In this document: positions 29,296 through 40,559 of the stretch, piece after piece | Layout of the letters: every line of letters starts with the position of its first letter | Numbering within the stretch: position 1 is the first letter of the stretch | Source: an uncultured delta proteobacterium | Lineage (GTDB): Bacteria > Myxococcota_A > Polyangia > Polyangiales > Polyangiaceae | Length of the DNA: 64,000 nt | NCBI GenBank assembly: GCA_963806225.1 | Contig: CAWDXG010000001.1 | Span: 1,216,001 to 1,280,000, forward strand | Direction: 5' to 3' | Made by a program: the position numbers and the translations under genes | The notes under the pieces: model-generated | What the model was told of the DNA's origin: nothing | Databases searched by the model: none | The model's input: the letters and a program-made list of their open reading frames with translations, nothing else

Positions 29296-29801
29296 GGCGC
29301 TCTGGGGTCGGGCTTGTCGATAACGCCCTGCGTCTGCCGCTCGCGGAAGCTGCGGAGCGCGGCCCCGAGCGCGGGGTACGTCCCTGCGAGCATGGCCGTG
29401 GCGAGCAGTGCGGCGTTGACGGCGCCGGCGCGACCGATGGCGAGCGTACCGACCGGCACGCCAGCGGGCATCTGCACGATCGAGAGCAGCGAGTCTAGGC
29501 CGCTGAGGGCCTTGCTCTGCACGGGCACGCCGAGCACCGGCAGCGTGGTCTTGGCGGCGACCATCCCGGGCAGGTGCGCCGCGCCGCCCGCGCCGGCAAT
29601 GATGATGCGCAGCCCGCGGGCTTCTGCGCCCTCGGCGTATTCGAAGAGCAGGTCGGGGGTGCGATGGGCGGACACGACGCGTACCTCGTACGCGACGCCG
29701 AGCTCTTCGAGCGTCTCGACGGCGTGACGGAGCGTTTCCCAGTCGCTCCGGGAGCCCATGATCACGCCTACGAGCGGCTTGTCGGTCGTCGGGTCAGCCA
29801 A
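29292..29801 (-). CDS. purE: N5-CAIR mutase
   Basis: [43 protein letters not shown] start is inferred. Confidence 0.97.
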   Translation of the reverse strand: MADPTTDKPLVGVIMGSRSDWETLRHAVETLEELGVAYEVRVVSAHRTPDLLFEYAEGAEARGLRIIIAGAGGAAHLPGMVAAKTTLPVLGVPVQSKALSGLDSLLSIVQMPAGVPVGTLAIGRAGAVNAALLATAMLAGTYPALGAALRSFRERQTQGVIDKPDPRAP

Positions 29802-29897
29802 GGGGCGACAATCTACCCGTTCTTCCGGGCGCGTGGAAACCCCGGTCGGTGCATGACCGGTCGACAAGGCCGGGCAACCGTCTACCCTTGGCGGAAC

Positions 29898-30953
29898 ATG
29901 ACCCGGCCTGGTGCGGCGGCGGCCGCTGTTTCCGCCAGTGCGGTGATGCTGGCGTGTCTGGCCGGGACCGGGCTCGGGGGGTGCGGCTCGCCGCCGCCAC
30001 GCGCGCCGGTCGCCGCGCGCCGGCCCGTTCCGGAGCCAGCTCGCGCCGAGCAGCCGAAAGCTCTGCCGCCGCTCGCGCCGCGCGAGCGGGCGCTCGAGAC
30101 CGAGCTCGGCGGCTACGTGCGGGAGCTGGCGGGAAAGATCGGCGAGCGCAACGCGAAGAAGATGTGGGGGCTGGCTTCGGCCGCGGACTACCTGGCCAAC
30201 ACGTTCGAGGACATGGGCTACACGGTCGAGCGACAGGGCTACGAGGTCGGCGAGATCCTGGCGATGAACGTCTCGGTGAGCGTGCCGGGGGGCGAGCGCG
30301 GCGACGAGCTGGTCGTCGTCGGCGCGCATTACGACTCGGCCGAGGGCAGCCCCGGAGCCGACGATAACGCGAGCGGCGCGGCGGCCGTGCTGGCGCTGGC
30401 GCGGCACTACAAGAACCTGCACCCGTCACGCAGCCTCAGGTTCGTCGAGTTCGTGAACGCGGAGCCGCCGTACTACGAGACGGACAACATGGGGAGCGTG
30501 CGCTACGCGAAGGCGCTTGCGGCACGGAGCGAGAGGGTGGTGGCGATGCTCGGCATCGACAACATCGGGTACTACTCGGACGCTCCGGGCAGCCAGCACT
30601 ATCCCATCGCGCTGGCGCCGCGCTTTCCCCGCGTCGGTCGGTTCGTGGCTTTCAACGGTCAGGGCGCCAGCGACCTGCTGCTGCACCGCGTCGTCACGAC
30701 GTTCCGCGAGCGCGCCAGCATCCCTGCCGAAGCGGTGGAGCTGCCGGCCAACATGAAGGATGCGGACTGGTCGGATACCTGGTCGTTCCGCCAGTTCGGT
30801 TTCCCCGCGGTAGCGGTGTCCGATACCGGTGCTTTCCGTTACCCACATTATCGCACCGCCCAGGACACGCCAGAGAAGCTCGACTACGGTCGCATGGCGC
30901 GCGTGGTCGCGGGCCTCGAGGGCGTCATCGACCAGCTGACGCTGCGCCGGTAG
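29898..30953 (+). CDS. M28 family metallopeptidase lipoprotein
   Basis: [18 protein letters not shown]; later metal-ligand positions look divergent (NAEPP, SDTWSF, HYRT). Confidence 0.85.
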   Translation: MTRPGAAAAAVSASAVMLACLAGTGLGGCGSPPPRAPVAARRPVPEPARAEQPKALPPLAPRERALETELGGYVRELAGKIGERNAKKMWGLASAADYLANTFEDMGYTVERQGYEVGEILAMNVSVSVPGGERGDELVVVGAHYDSAEGSPGADDNASGAAAVLALARHYKNLHPSRSLRFVEFVNAEPPYYETDNMGSVRYAKALAARSERVVAMLGIDNIGYYSDAPGSQHYPIALAPRFPRVGRFVAFNGQGASDLLLHRVVTTFRERASIPAEAVELPANMKDADWSDTWSFRQFGFPAVAVSDTGAFRYPHYRTAQDTPEKLDYGRMARVVAGLEGVIDQLTLRR

Positions 30954-31097
30954 GGCGCGGGCTCTTCCAGCCGAGCGAAAATCGAGCGTTCGCCCCGGGA
31001 GCCGGTCGTTGGCAACAGGAGGCCGACCGGGTACGCTCATCCTGGGCATTCCTCTCTCCGGAACGCCGTGACCTTGTTCTTGCCGGGCTCGACCATC

Positions 31098-32928
31098 ATG
31101 ATGAAGAAGGCGTGGCTGCTGCTGTCGGGGCTCGCGAGCCTGTCGATGCTCGCCGCTTGCTCGATCACCGGCAATCTCGGCGGTCTCCAGGCTGCGCACG
31201 ACGGCGGTGCGAAAGAGGGTGGGGGAGGCTCGGCACAGGACGGAGCTGCCGGGGGCGGTGGCAGTGCCGGAACCGATGCCGGCGGCAGCGCCGGTTGCGA
31301 CGGCGGCGCCGAGGCGGGCTGCAAGCCTGCAGAGCCGTGCTCGCCGGATGACAGTCCGTGCACCGACGACGGAAACCTGTGCACGACGGACATCTGCAAG
31401 GGCGGGCTCTGCCAGCACACGCTGCTCGCCGAAGGCGTCGGCTGCGGAAACGGCAAGGTGTGTAGCGCCACAGGCAAGTGCAGCGACGCATGCGGCATCG
31501 GGGGCCAGCTCTACGCGGCGGGTGCGACGAATCCAACCAACGCCTGCGAGAAGTGCGATCCCACGAACAGCCCGAGCGCGTGGACCGCGGCCGCAGATGG
31601 CGCGCCGTGCGCCGACGACGGCAACAGCTGCACCAAGGACGAGTGCGCCGCTGGCGTCTGCACGCATCCCGACCTCGCCGTGGGCGACAGCTGCGGTGGC
31701 GGGAAAGTCTGCGACACCAGTCTGACGTGCAACCCGGGCTGCGTGATCGGCGGGCAGTTCTACAAGGATGCAGAGGTCGATCCGTCCAACTCCTGCCAGA
31801 GCTGCGACGCGGCCAAGAGTACGAGCGCCTGGTCGCCGCTCGCGGACAGCAGCGCGTGCACCGACGACGGCAATCCGTGCACCCAGGACGAGTGCCAGTC
31901 GGGCGCGTGCACGCACCCTGCCCAGCCCAACACGACCTCGTGCGGCAGCGGCGGCCACTGCAAGAGCGGGCAGTGCACGGCGAGCTGTCTCATCGGCAAC
32001 GTGTCGTATCCTGAAGGGACGCTGAACCCCGCCAATCCCTGCGAAAGCTGTCAGAGCGCCAAGAACGCCGCGGGGTGGTCGCCGCTGGGAGATGGCACGT
32101 CGTGCGGCAGCTCGTCCTGTGACAAGTACGGCAGCTGCGGCAGTTTCTCGAGCAGTTGCGACACCAGCGGCATCAAGAGCCGGACCTGTACCGATCATGT
32201 GTGCAAGGCCGGAACCTGCACCGCACCGACGCACACCGAGACCGCGGGCTGCACCCGCACCACCGATGGCAACAGCTGCACGGACGACGGCTCGTCGTGC
32301 ACGTCTGACCTGTGCAGCGGAGGAGCGTGCACGCATCCCAAGCTGGCCGGCGGCACGAGCTGCGGTAGCGCGAAGATCTGCGACGGAAACGCTGGCTGCG
32401 TCACAGGCTGCTGGATCTCCGGAACCCTGTACTCGAGCGGCGCTACCAAGCCGGGGAACACGTGCCAGTCGTGCCAGCCCGCCTCGTCGACCTCGGCATG
32501 GACGAACGTGACGAGCGGGACCAGCGAGACGATCTGCGCGAGTACGACTTGCGGCAAGTATGGCAGCTGCGGTGGATTCGTGAGCGTGTGCGACGAGAAC
32601 GGCACCCACAGCCGGAGCTGCACCGACTACACGTGCAACGCCGGCGTCTGCGCCGGCAAGGATCGTACGGACACCGGGAACTGCACGCGCAACACCGACG
32701 GGGCGACGTGCGCGTCGGATAACAACTCCTGCACACTCGACGAGTGCCACGCCGGCGTCTGTGCGCATCCCAACGCGCCGGACGGGACGAAGTGCGGGGC
32801 GGCGATCGGTTGCAACAACCGGACTTGCAAGGCCGGCACCTGTTTCGACACGACGTTCCTGCCCGTCGGGCGACTCGTGCTGCCCGGATGGAACCTGCGT
32901 CTCCAGCGCCGGCATCTGCAAGCTCTGA
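31098..32928 (+). CDS. Cys-rich repeat lipoprotein (apparent +1 frameshift near 32859)
   Basis: Lipobox LAAC; repeated C.DDGN.CT.D.C..G.C.H and GC.I.G..Y......P.N.C..C modules; shifted frame gives CPSGDSCCPDGTCVSSAGICKL*. Confidence 0.85.
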
Positions 32929-32993
32929 CGCACTCTGCTCCGGGCCCGTGACGCCGCTTGCGGCCGACAACGCGGAATGACACGCTGCGGCGC

Positions 32994-33491
32994 GTGGACA
33001 GGCGACGCTTCATCGGGTGGGTGGCGGCCGGCGCCGTCGCCGGCGGCGTCGGTATCGGGCTCGTCCGCGCGTCCGGCTACCACGTGCCAGCGGACGTGGC
33101 GCGTGGCCTGCAGACGCTGTCGCCCTGGCACTACGTCGTCATCGAGGCATTCGGCGCGCGCGTGCTCGCACCCGAGCACGCCGATGTGGCCGATTTTGCC
33201 GACGGCTTCATGGTCGGTCTGGCTGCGGACGACAGCGACAACCTGCTGCGTTTCGTGGCGTATCTGGAACACATCGCGCCGCTCGCGGCGGGTCATGTCA
33301 GTCGCTTCTCGAGCTTGAGTCCCGTCGAGCAGGACGACGTGCTGCGGTCGCTCGAGCAGAGCAACATCGACCTCCTGCGCGCCGGCTTCCAGGCGCTGGA
33401 GGCGCTGTCCATGATGGCCTACTACAAGCAGCCGGCGAGCTGGAAGGCCATCGGCTACGACGGCCCGGTGGTCGACTGGGGGAAACAGTGA
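32994..33491 (+). CDS. Gluconate 2-dehydrogenase subunit 3-like Tat protein
   Basis: DRRRFI Tat motif; RFSSLS..EQD..L, AYY.....W.AIGYDGP; overlaps the GMC gene start. Confidence 0.75.
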   Translation: MDRRRFIGWVAAGAVAGGVGIGLVRASGYHVPADVARGLQTLSPWHYVVIEAFGARVLAPEHADVADFADGFMVGLAADDSDNLLRFVAYLEHIAPLAAGHVSRFSSLSPVEQDDVLRSLEQSNIDLLRAGFQALEALSMMAYYKQPASWKAIGYDGPVVDWGKQ

Positions 33492-35012
33492 TCGAACGCG
33501 GCCGCGATCAGAAGGGCGACCGGCACATCAAGGCCGATGTCGTGATCGTCGGCACCGGCGCCGGCGGCGGCATGGCGGCGAGCGAGCTTGCGGGTCGCGG
33601 GCTCTCGGTCGTCGCGCTGGAAGAAGGGCCGTACCTCGAGCAGAAGGACATGACCCAGCGCGAGGTGGACATGATGGGCAAGCTCTACCAGGAGCGCGGC
33701 GGACGCGCGACGGCGGACATGGCCATCCGCGTTCTCGGCGGACGCTGCGTCGGCGGTTCCACGGTGCACAACATCAACCTGTGCAAGCGCACGCCGAAGG
33801 CGATCCTGGATACGTGGGCACGCGAGCACCACGTCTCGGGTTGCTCCGAGAAGGAGATGCGCCCCGTGTTCGAGAGCGTGGAGCGCGAGCTGTCGGTCAG
33901 CGAGATCCCCGCCGGTTGGCGCAACGCGAACAACCAGGTGCTCGAGCGCGGCGTCAAGGCGCTGGGCTGGAAGGGCGGGCCGCTCCGGCACAACCGCGTC
34001 GGCTGCCAGCAGAGCGGCTTCTGCGAGCTCGGCTGCCCGTTCAACGCAAAGCAGAACTCGCTGAAGGTGCTCGTTCCCGACGCGCTGGACCACGGCGCGC
34101 AGGTCATCAGCGACGTGCGTGTGTCACGCATCGTGCATGACGGCCACCGCGCCAGTGGCGTGATCGGTGCGGCGCTCGGTGCGGACGGAAGCGTCCGCGG
34201 CCGGCTTGTGGTCGACGCGGACGTGGTCGTCCTGGCCGGCAGCGCCATCGGCAGCGCCATGCTCGGCGTTCAGAGCGGGCTGCCCGATCCGTACGACCGC
34301 CTGGGCAGGAACCTGCACATGCATCCCGGCATTGCCGTGGCGGGGCTGTTCGACGATCACATCGACGGCTGGAAGGGGATCCCGCAGAGCTACGAGTGCA
34401 TGCAGCTGATGGACTACAACATGAACAGCGACCGGCGCGTGTGGATCACGACCGTGTTCGCGCATCCGATCGGCGCTGCGGTGATGCTGCCCGGGTTCGG
34501 GATGGAGCACCGCGAGTGGATGCGCCGCTACCGGAACATCGCCGTCTTGACGGCCATGGTGCACGACGAGACGTTCCGGGCGCGTCGGCGTGCGCGAAGA
34601 CGGTCGCGCGCTGATCGAGTACAAGCTCGTGGACTCGGACGTGCACCAGTTCTCGACGGGCATCCGCGCCTGCGCCCGGCTTCTCTTCGCAGGCGGCGCG
34701 AAGAAGGTGCTGGTGCCGTCCGTGCCGCCGATCGTGCTCGATCACGACAAGCAGATCGACCAGATCCCGATGTCGGCGGCGCGTCCGTTCAACATCCAGA
34801 TGGCGGCCGTGCACCCCATGGGCAGCATGTCGCTCGGCGACGATCCGAAGAAAAGCGTCGTCAAGAGCACGGGCGAGCACCACCAGGTCGAGCGCCTGTT
34901 CGTGCTGGACGGCTCGCTGTTCCCGACCAGCCTCGGAGCCCCGCCGCAGATCTCGATCTACAGCTTCTCGCGTCACCTGTCGAAACACGTGGCCGAGCGG
35001 CTGTCGCGCTGA
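33488..35012 (+). CDS. GMC family oxidoreductase (apparent frameshift near 34574)
   Basis: DVVIVGTGAGG, GRCVGGST..N, C..SGFCELGCP, HPMGS, LFVLDGSLFPTSLG.PP. Confidence 0.9.
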
Positions 35013-35042
35013 TAGCGCGAAGGCTGTGGCGGAACGCCGCCG

Positions 35043-35705
35043 CTAGAACAGCTCCGTCCAGTCGGCGAGGCGGCGCTCCTCGGCGCTGACGACGCCGTCG
35101 CCGGGGCAGAGCTCGAAGAACGTGGTCCGCTCGCGCTCGAAGTCCACGAAGGCGAAGCACGGGTTGTCGTCCCGGTGCAGTGTGCCGGCGTTGATCACGG
35201 TGAGCGCCCCGACGCGACGCACCATGCGCTGGTGGGTGTGCCCGTTGATCACGAAAGCATACCGGCCGTCGTGGATCAGCGCCTGCAGCGTGTCGTTGTT
35301 CTCGAGCGCGTAGCCGCGATCGTCGGGGCGCACGGCGGCCATGTCATGCTCGCCGAGGCCGTGGCAGAGAAGAGCTCTGCCGGACACCGTGTCGAGCTCG
35401 TAGGTCTTGGGCAGCCCGCCCAGGTATTCGCGGTTCGAGGCATGCAGCGCCTCGAGCGGCGTCGCACCGGGCAGTTCGCGCATCGCGCCTTCGAAGAGCC
35501 AGCGCTCGTGGTTGCCGCACACGGTGAGCGCGCCTGCCTCGCGCAAGAGCTCGCAGCAGCGGTCCGGGTTGCCGGTGCCGTCGACGATGTCGCCCACGCA
35601 CAGCACGAGCTCCGGGCCGAGCGACGCCAGGTGGGCCAGCGCCGCCTCGAGCGCTTCCGCTTCGCAATGGACGTCCCCGATGACTCCTACGGTTCTGGTC
35701 GTCAA
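35043..35705 (-). CDS. Metallophosphoesterase
   Basis: GDVH, VGDIVD, GNHE, CHG, GHTH, NAG motifs. Confidence 0.92.
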   Translation of the reverse strand: MTTRTVGVIGDVHCEAEALEAALAHLASLGPELVLCVGDIVDGTGNPDRCCELLREAGALTVCGNHERWLFEGAMRELPGATPLEALHASNREYLGGLPKTYELDTVSGRALLCHGLGEHDMAAVRPDDRGYALENNDTLQALIHDGRYAFVINGHTHQRMVRRVGALTVINAGTLHRDDNPCFAFVDFERERTTFFELCPGDGVVSAEERRLADWTELF

Positions 35706-35765
35706 TCTCCGCGCATCATAGCCCGGGAGCGAGCCGGAGCGGGAGGCTCCGGGCGTCGCGTCGCG

Positions 35766-37262
35766 TCACGACGCGGTCGCGGCCTGCAGGAAGTGGGTGC
35801 GCTCGCGCACCGTGGTCCAGCGCCGGAAGGTCTCCAGCGTCTCGGGATCGGCGTCGCGGAGCTTTCCGAACACGTAGTCCTGAATGCCCTTGTGAACCGC
35901 GCAGATGTGGCTCTCGCGCATGCGCCCCTGGATCGAGCCCTGCGTCGTGTAGTTGTGCTCCGGCTTGATTCCGCAATAGGGGTTGTAGGTGCAGTTGATG
36001 CAGTCGGGCTGCGCGTCGAGGTTCGAAGCGACAAGCAGGGCCCGCACGGTTTCATGCGTCACCAGGTCGCGGTAGCGGGCGGTGTCGACGTGGCCGATCT
36101 TGAAGGTGTCGTCGCCGGTTTCGCGCAGCATTCGACCTTCATCGCTGGTGTAGATGCTGCCGTCGTAGTTGAACGCAAGCTGCCCGATGCCGGCGCCGCC
36201 GGGGTTTCTGATGTCGAGGAAGTTCGGGTCGTCGCCGGTGAGGATCTTGGTGAGGAAGATGCTGGCGAATCGCTCCAGCACCTGCGTACCCTTCTGGTTC
36301 AGCTCGATGATGTAGTCCGTCGCCGTCTGGTAGAATTCCATGTACCGGCGGCGCTCGTACTCGATCCGGTCCTGCGTCTTCTCGGCGAAGCCGAACGGGT
36401 CGACGGGCCTCAGGAAGATCGAACGGCAGCCGAGCTCCACGTAGGTGTCGACGATTTCCCTGGGCATGTCGAGCGCCGCGCGCGTCGTCGTGAGCAGCGC
36501 TTCGACGTGATAGAGCACCGGGTCGAGACCCATCTCGACGTAGCGCTCGTTGATCGTCTTTATCCACTTGGCGGCCTCCTGGTAGGAGTTGCCGCCCGCC
36601 AGGACGCGCTGCTTGTTGTGGAGCTTCTCGGGACCGTCGACGCTGGTGCAGATCTGCACCTTGTTGCGGATCAGGAAATCGAGCTTCTCGTCGGTCATCA
36701 ACGAGAGGTTGCTCACCATGGTGAACTCGAGCTCCTTGCCGTACGCGCGGTTCTTCTCGATGGCGTAGTTGATGATGTGCTTGACGACCGGGAAGTTCGC
36801 CAGCGGTTCCCCACCCTGGAACTCGATGGTGGTTCGCGGAGCGGTGCTCTGCAGGATCAGGTCCACGCATTTCTCGGCCGTCTCCGGGGACATGTCCGTG
36901 TCGACGCGGTCCATGTCGGCGCGGCTGGCGTGGCAGTACACGCACGTCTCGTTACAGCGCAGCGTGACGACCATGATGTTGAGGATGGGACCCCAGTTGA
37001 GGTAGCGCCGCTTGTTCTGGACCCTCTCGCGCAGCGCGCCCACGTCGACCTGGTCCGGGAGGAAGTTGTGTTCGCCGAGCTTCTTCGTGAGCTCGGGCGT
37101 CCATGCGCCCGAGTACAGGGCGCGCAGCTGGTCGGGTGTCACGAAGACCCAGTCGCCGAAGTAGCTGGTGAGCAGCACCTGCTCGCCGAGCTGGCGGAAA
37201 CGGAAGGGGACGAGCCGGCCGGGGCTCTTCGGCGTTTCGGGGATCCGGGTCAGAAGCTGCAT
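35766..37262 (-). CDS. hxsB: His-Xaa-Ser system radical SAM maturase HxsB-like
   Basis: N-terminal LVPFRFRQL; VVTLRCNETCVYCHASR; IEFQGGEPL; IFLRP..PFGFA; GAGIGQLAFNYDGSIY.SDEGRML; C-terminal C..C.Y.PYCG. Confidence 0.85.
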   Translation of the reverse strand: MQLLTRIPETPKSPGRLVPFRFRQLGEQVLLTSYFGDWVFVTPDQLRALYSGAWTPELTKKLGEHNFLPDQVDVGALRERVQNKRRYLNWGPILNIMVVTLRCNETCVYCHASRADMDRVDTDMSPETAEKCVDLILQSTAPRTTIEFQGGEPLANFPVVKHIINYAIEKNRAYGKELEFTMVSNLSLMTDEKLDFLIRNKVQICTSVDGPEKLHNKQRVLAGGNSYQEAAKWIKTINERYVEMGLDPVLYHVEALLTTTRAALDMPREIVDTYVELGCRSIFLRPVDPFGFAEKTQDRIEYERRRYMEFYQTATDYIIELNQKGTQVLERFASIFLTKILTGDDPNFLDIRNPGGAGIGQLAFNYDGSIYTSDEGRMLRETGDDTFKIGHVDTARYRDLVTHETVRALLVASNLDAQPDCINCTYNPYCGIKPEHNYTTQGSIQGRMRESHICAVHKGIQDYVFGKLRDADPETLETFRRWTTVRERTHFLQAATAS

Positions 37263-37388
37263 GGACTCTCCTCGCGGGCGGACAGGCCGCCGGGTCTCTC
37301 CGGATCATGATGCATGTCAACACGCTGTCGCCAGCCCCGCGGATGGCGCGCCGCGTCAAACTGCCCGGCCGTGCTATATTCGCGGGCG

Positions 37389-38369
37389 ATGTCAGAGGTT
37401 CTGCCCTACGGGATGTTCGACGTGCCGCACAGCGCGGAGAGCGCCCGCCGCTACGCGAAGATGCAGTCCATCTACCACCGCGGCCAGAAGCTCGTGTGGG
37501 ACGGGAACCAGGTGCTCGAGGAGCTGTGGCAGCGCCACGGCGGCAGCGGGCTTGCCGAAGGTCAACGCGAAGCAGCGGGTCGCGTCCTCGGCGCCATCAT
37601 GTGGGGCGAGCTGGCTGCTTGGCGCATCGCCGCCCAGCTTGCCGACGAACTCGAGCCGCTTGAAGCGAAGATGGCGGCGACCAGCCAGGCGCACGACGAA
37701 GCCCGCCACTTCTACGTGATGCACGACTACCTCGTGCGCGCGACGGGCGACTTCCCGCGGCGGATGCCGAAGTGGAGCGAGAAGCTCATCGCCGCCACGC
37801 TCGGAGCGGACACCATGCCGAAGAAGATCATCGGCATGCAGCTGCAGCTCGAGACCACCGCACTCACGATCTTCCACGCGCTGCGCGAATCGAAGCTGTG
37901 TCCGGTGCTGTCGGAGCTGCTCGTCTACTACGAGAAGGACGAGGCGCGCCACGTCGGGCTCGGCACACAGCTCCTGCCCACTTTGATGAAGGGCATGGGC
38001 GTGCGCGAGCGCGTCGAGTTCTCTGCCTTCTCGTTCAAGATCGCGGCCTACTCGATGGCCTCGCTGAAAGGGTCGGAGCGCGATCTGCGCGCGCTCGGTA
38101 TCGATCCCCGTCGTGTCGCCGTGCTCGGGAAGAGCAAGCAGATGATGGTGTTCGACGAGCTGTGGCAGCTCGCCCCCGATGCGAAGAGCGACGCCGGCGA
38201 ACGGCTAGGCATGGTGTTCGACGCCGTGGCCGAGGCGATGTGGCCGGACCGCAACGCGGATCCGTCGCTCGGTGCCCGCGCGCGCCGGGTGCTCAGAACG
38301 CTTTCCACCGGCTACGAGACGACCGAGACGGTGCTCGACCCCGCCGAGAGCCCGGCCGCGGCGGAGTAG
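37389..38369 (+). CDS. Ferritin-like diiron domain protein
   Basis: WGE...DEARH...LE...DEARH paired ExxH motifs. Confidence 0.85.
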   Translation: MSEVLPYGMFDVPHSAESARRYAKMQSIYHRGQKLVWDGNQVLEELWQRHGGSGLAEGQREAAGRVLGAIMWGELAAWRIAAQLADELEPLEAKMAATSQAHDEARHFYVMHDYLVRATGDFPRRMPKWSEKLIAATLGADTMPKKIIGMQLQLETTALTIFHALRESKLCPVLSELLVYYEKDEARHVGLGTQLLPTLMKGMGVRERVEFSAFSFKIAAYSMASLKGSERDLRALGIDPRRVAVLGKSKQMMVFDELWQLAPDAKSDAGERLGMVFDAVAEAMWPDRNADPSLGARARRVLRTLSTGYETTETVLDPAESPAAAE

Positions 38370-38457
38370 GGCCGCCTCCGCGTTGCCGCGCCTGGCGTCG
38401 CGGCCCGGCCTGTCGCGGCCTGACAAGCGCCGCGTTCTGTACTACCGAACGGCCATC

Positions 38458-39609
38458 ATGCGTTTCGCGGTCGTGTTTCCATTCGTTGTCGTGGGGTTTG
38501 TCGCTTGCACCGCCGGAGTCCAGCCGGTACCCGAAGCCCCGCCGCCCGCCGCGCCGGCAGCGCCGCCCGCCGCGCCGGATGCCGGAGCCGCACCTGTGGT
38601 CGACGCCTCCGTGCCTCCGGCGGACGCAGCGCCCGCCGACGCGGACGCGGCGCCGACCGCCGCACAGGACGCCGGCCCCAGTGCCTGTCCGGACGGCATG
38701 AAGCTCGTCGACGGCGACTTCTGCACGAAGGTCGAACAGCAGTGCACGAAGCACTGGTGGGACGACGTGAACAAGAAGAAGGTCTGCGAGAACTTCAAAA
38801 AGCCGTCCAAGTGCATCGGCAAGAAGGTGCACAAGCGCTTCTGCATCGACACCTACGAGTACCCGGACATCAAAGGTGCTCGGCCCGAGGTGATGAACAA
38901 CTTCTTCCAGGCGCAGGTGAAGTGCGCGGCGCTCGGCAAGCGCATCTGCACCGAGAACGAGTGGACGATGGCCTGCGAAGGTCCGGAGCTGAAGCCGTAT
39001 CCGTACGGCTACACGCGCGACGCGACCAAGTGCAACGGCGACCACACCTACGACTTCCCGAACATGGACAAGGTCCGCAAGCGCGACCCGAAGGAGCTCG
39101 AGCGGCTCTGGCTCGGCGTGCCGAGCGGGACGCAGCCCGAGTGCATCAGCGACTACGGCGTGGCGGACATGCCGGGCAACGCGGACGAGCTTGCGTCGAG
39201 CGAGCACTTCACGGGCTGGGCGAACAAGTACGACAACGTCACCACCGGCGGCCCGTGGTTCCTCGGCGTACGCAACCAGTGCCGGCCGAAGATCTACACG
39301 CACAACGAGGGCTTCTACTACTACTACTTGAGCTTCCGTTGCTGCGCCGAGGCAGACGGCAAGCCCACCGATCCGCGCGCGCCGAAGCAGATCAAGCGCG
39401 GCTGGAAGTTCTCCCATGTGGAACGACTCGCCGGGCTCGACATCGAGCAGGCGAAGAAGGAACAGCCCGCCGACTTCAAGCGCGCCCGGGAGCTGGGCGC
39501 TGCACAGATGAAGAAGCTCGGTGGCAAGCCGGCCGACGAAAAGGACTGGCATCCGAACGAGGGGCGCCACAAGCGCTGGGTGCGCGAGCACCATCGTCCC
39601 AAGCACTGA
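38458..39609 (+). CDS. SUMF1/FGE-sulfatase domain lipoprotein
   Basis: Lipobox FVAC; FCID.YEYP, GKRICTENEW..ACEG, YPYG, GV.DM.GN..E, SFRCC. Confidence 0.88.
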   Translation: MRFAVVFPFVVVGFVACTAGVQPVPEAPPPAAPAAPPAAPDAGAAPVVDASVPPADAAPADADAAPTAAQDAGPSACPDGMKLVDGDFCTKVEQQCTKHWWDDVNKKKVCENFKKPSKCIGKKVHKRFCIDTYEYPDIKGARPEVMNNFFQAQVKCAALGKRICTENEWTMACEGPELKPYPYGYTRDATKCNGDHTYDFPNMDKVRKRDPKELERLWLGVPSGTQPECISDYGVADMPGNADELASSEHFTGWANKYDNVTTGGPWFLGVRNQCRPKIYTHNEGFYYYYLSFRCCAEADGKPTDPRAPKQIKRGWKFSHVERLAGLDIEQAKKEQPADFKRARELGAAQMKKLGGKPADEKDWHPNEGRHKRWVREHHRPKH

Positions 39610-39708
39610 CGTTCCTGACGACAGCAATTGAACGGCGCCGATACGTTCGCCGCCGTTCGCTACTCCGGGTGCGCGTAGCCAGGCTGCGGTCCGTCGCCAC
39701 GATTCCGC

Positions 39709-39725
39709 TTGGCATGGAACGTGCG
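39709..39725 (+). promoter_or_regulatory. Candidate sigma54 promoter
   Basis: TTGGCATGGAACGTGCG with GG-N10-GC spacing upstream of the CDP-alcohol phosphatidyltransferase gene. Confidence 0.45.
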
Positions 39726-39785
39726 ATCGAATCGCCGTCAACCCCTTGCGGGGGACAGGTTGCTGGCTAGGTTTCCGGCGAGGGG

Positions 39786-40559
39786 ATGCGCATCATCCCC
39801 GCAGGACTTGCGTGTGTGATGACTGTCCAATCGATCCCGGGTTACAGCGAAGGCGTTGCCGCAAATCGTGAGTATGCGACGCAACGGTTGCGCGGAACCG
39901 TCTGGGAACACTTCCCGGCGGCGGGTGTGCTGTACCGCGGCGCGCTCGCCTTCGGACAGGCCCTGGGCCGGGCGGGAGTGACGGCCGATGGGCTCACGTA
40001 CACCTCGCTGCTGCTGGCCGCGGCGGCGGGGCTGGCTGCGGCGTTCGGTGCGTTCGCACTGGCGGCCGGGCTTGTCGTAGCCAGCGGCCTCTGCGATCTC
40101 CTCGACGGCGTGGTCGCCCGCGCAACCCACACGGCGAGCACGTACGGCGCGCTGCTGGATTCGGTGATCGACCGGCTTGCCGATGCGCTGCCGCTCCTGG
40201 GGCTCGTCGTGTACTACGCGGACGAGGGCGCGGTCGTGGCCATCCCGGCGCTGGCCATGCTCGGTGGCTTCACCGTGAGCTACGTCCGCGCGCGCGCCGA
40301 GGGGCTGGGCATACGCTTGCCGCCGCTGTTCATGCGCCGCGCCGAGCGGGTCTCGCTCGTCACGGGCAGTCTCTTGCTCGGGCTGGTCGCGCTGCCTTCT
40401 CTGCCGGTGCGCGCGCCGCTGTTGCTGGTCGGCGTCGCGCTGATCGCGCTGCTCGGTTTCGTGGCCGCCGGATGGGCACTGCACATCGCCCGCGTCACGC
40501 TCGGCGGGCGCCGCGCCGGAGTCGCGCCGGCCGCAATCAGGACAGCAAGCGGGCGGTAA
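39786..40559 (+). CDS. CDP-alcohol phosphatidyltransferase
   Basis: DLLDGVVAR...YGALLDSVIDR; VSYVRARAE; MRRAER. Start is uncertain. Confidence 0.92.
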   Translation: MRIIPAGLACVMTVQSIPGYSEGVAANREYATQRLRGTVWEHFPAAGVLYRGALAFGQALGRAGVTADGLTYTSLLLAAAAGLAAAFGAFALAAGLVVASGLCDLLDGVVARATHTASTYGALLDSVIDRLADALPLLGLVVYYADEGAVVAIPALAMLGGFTVSYVRARAEGLGIRLPPLFMRRAERVSLVTGSLLLGLVALPSLPVRAPLLLVGVALIALLGFVAAGWALHIARVTLGGRRAGVAPAAIRTASGR

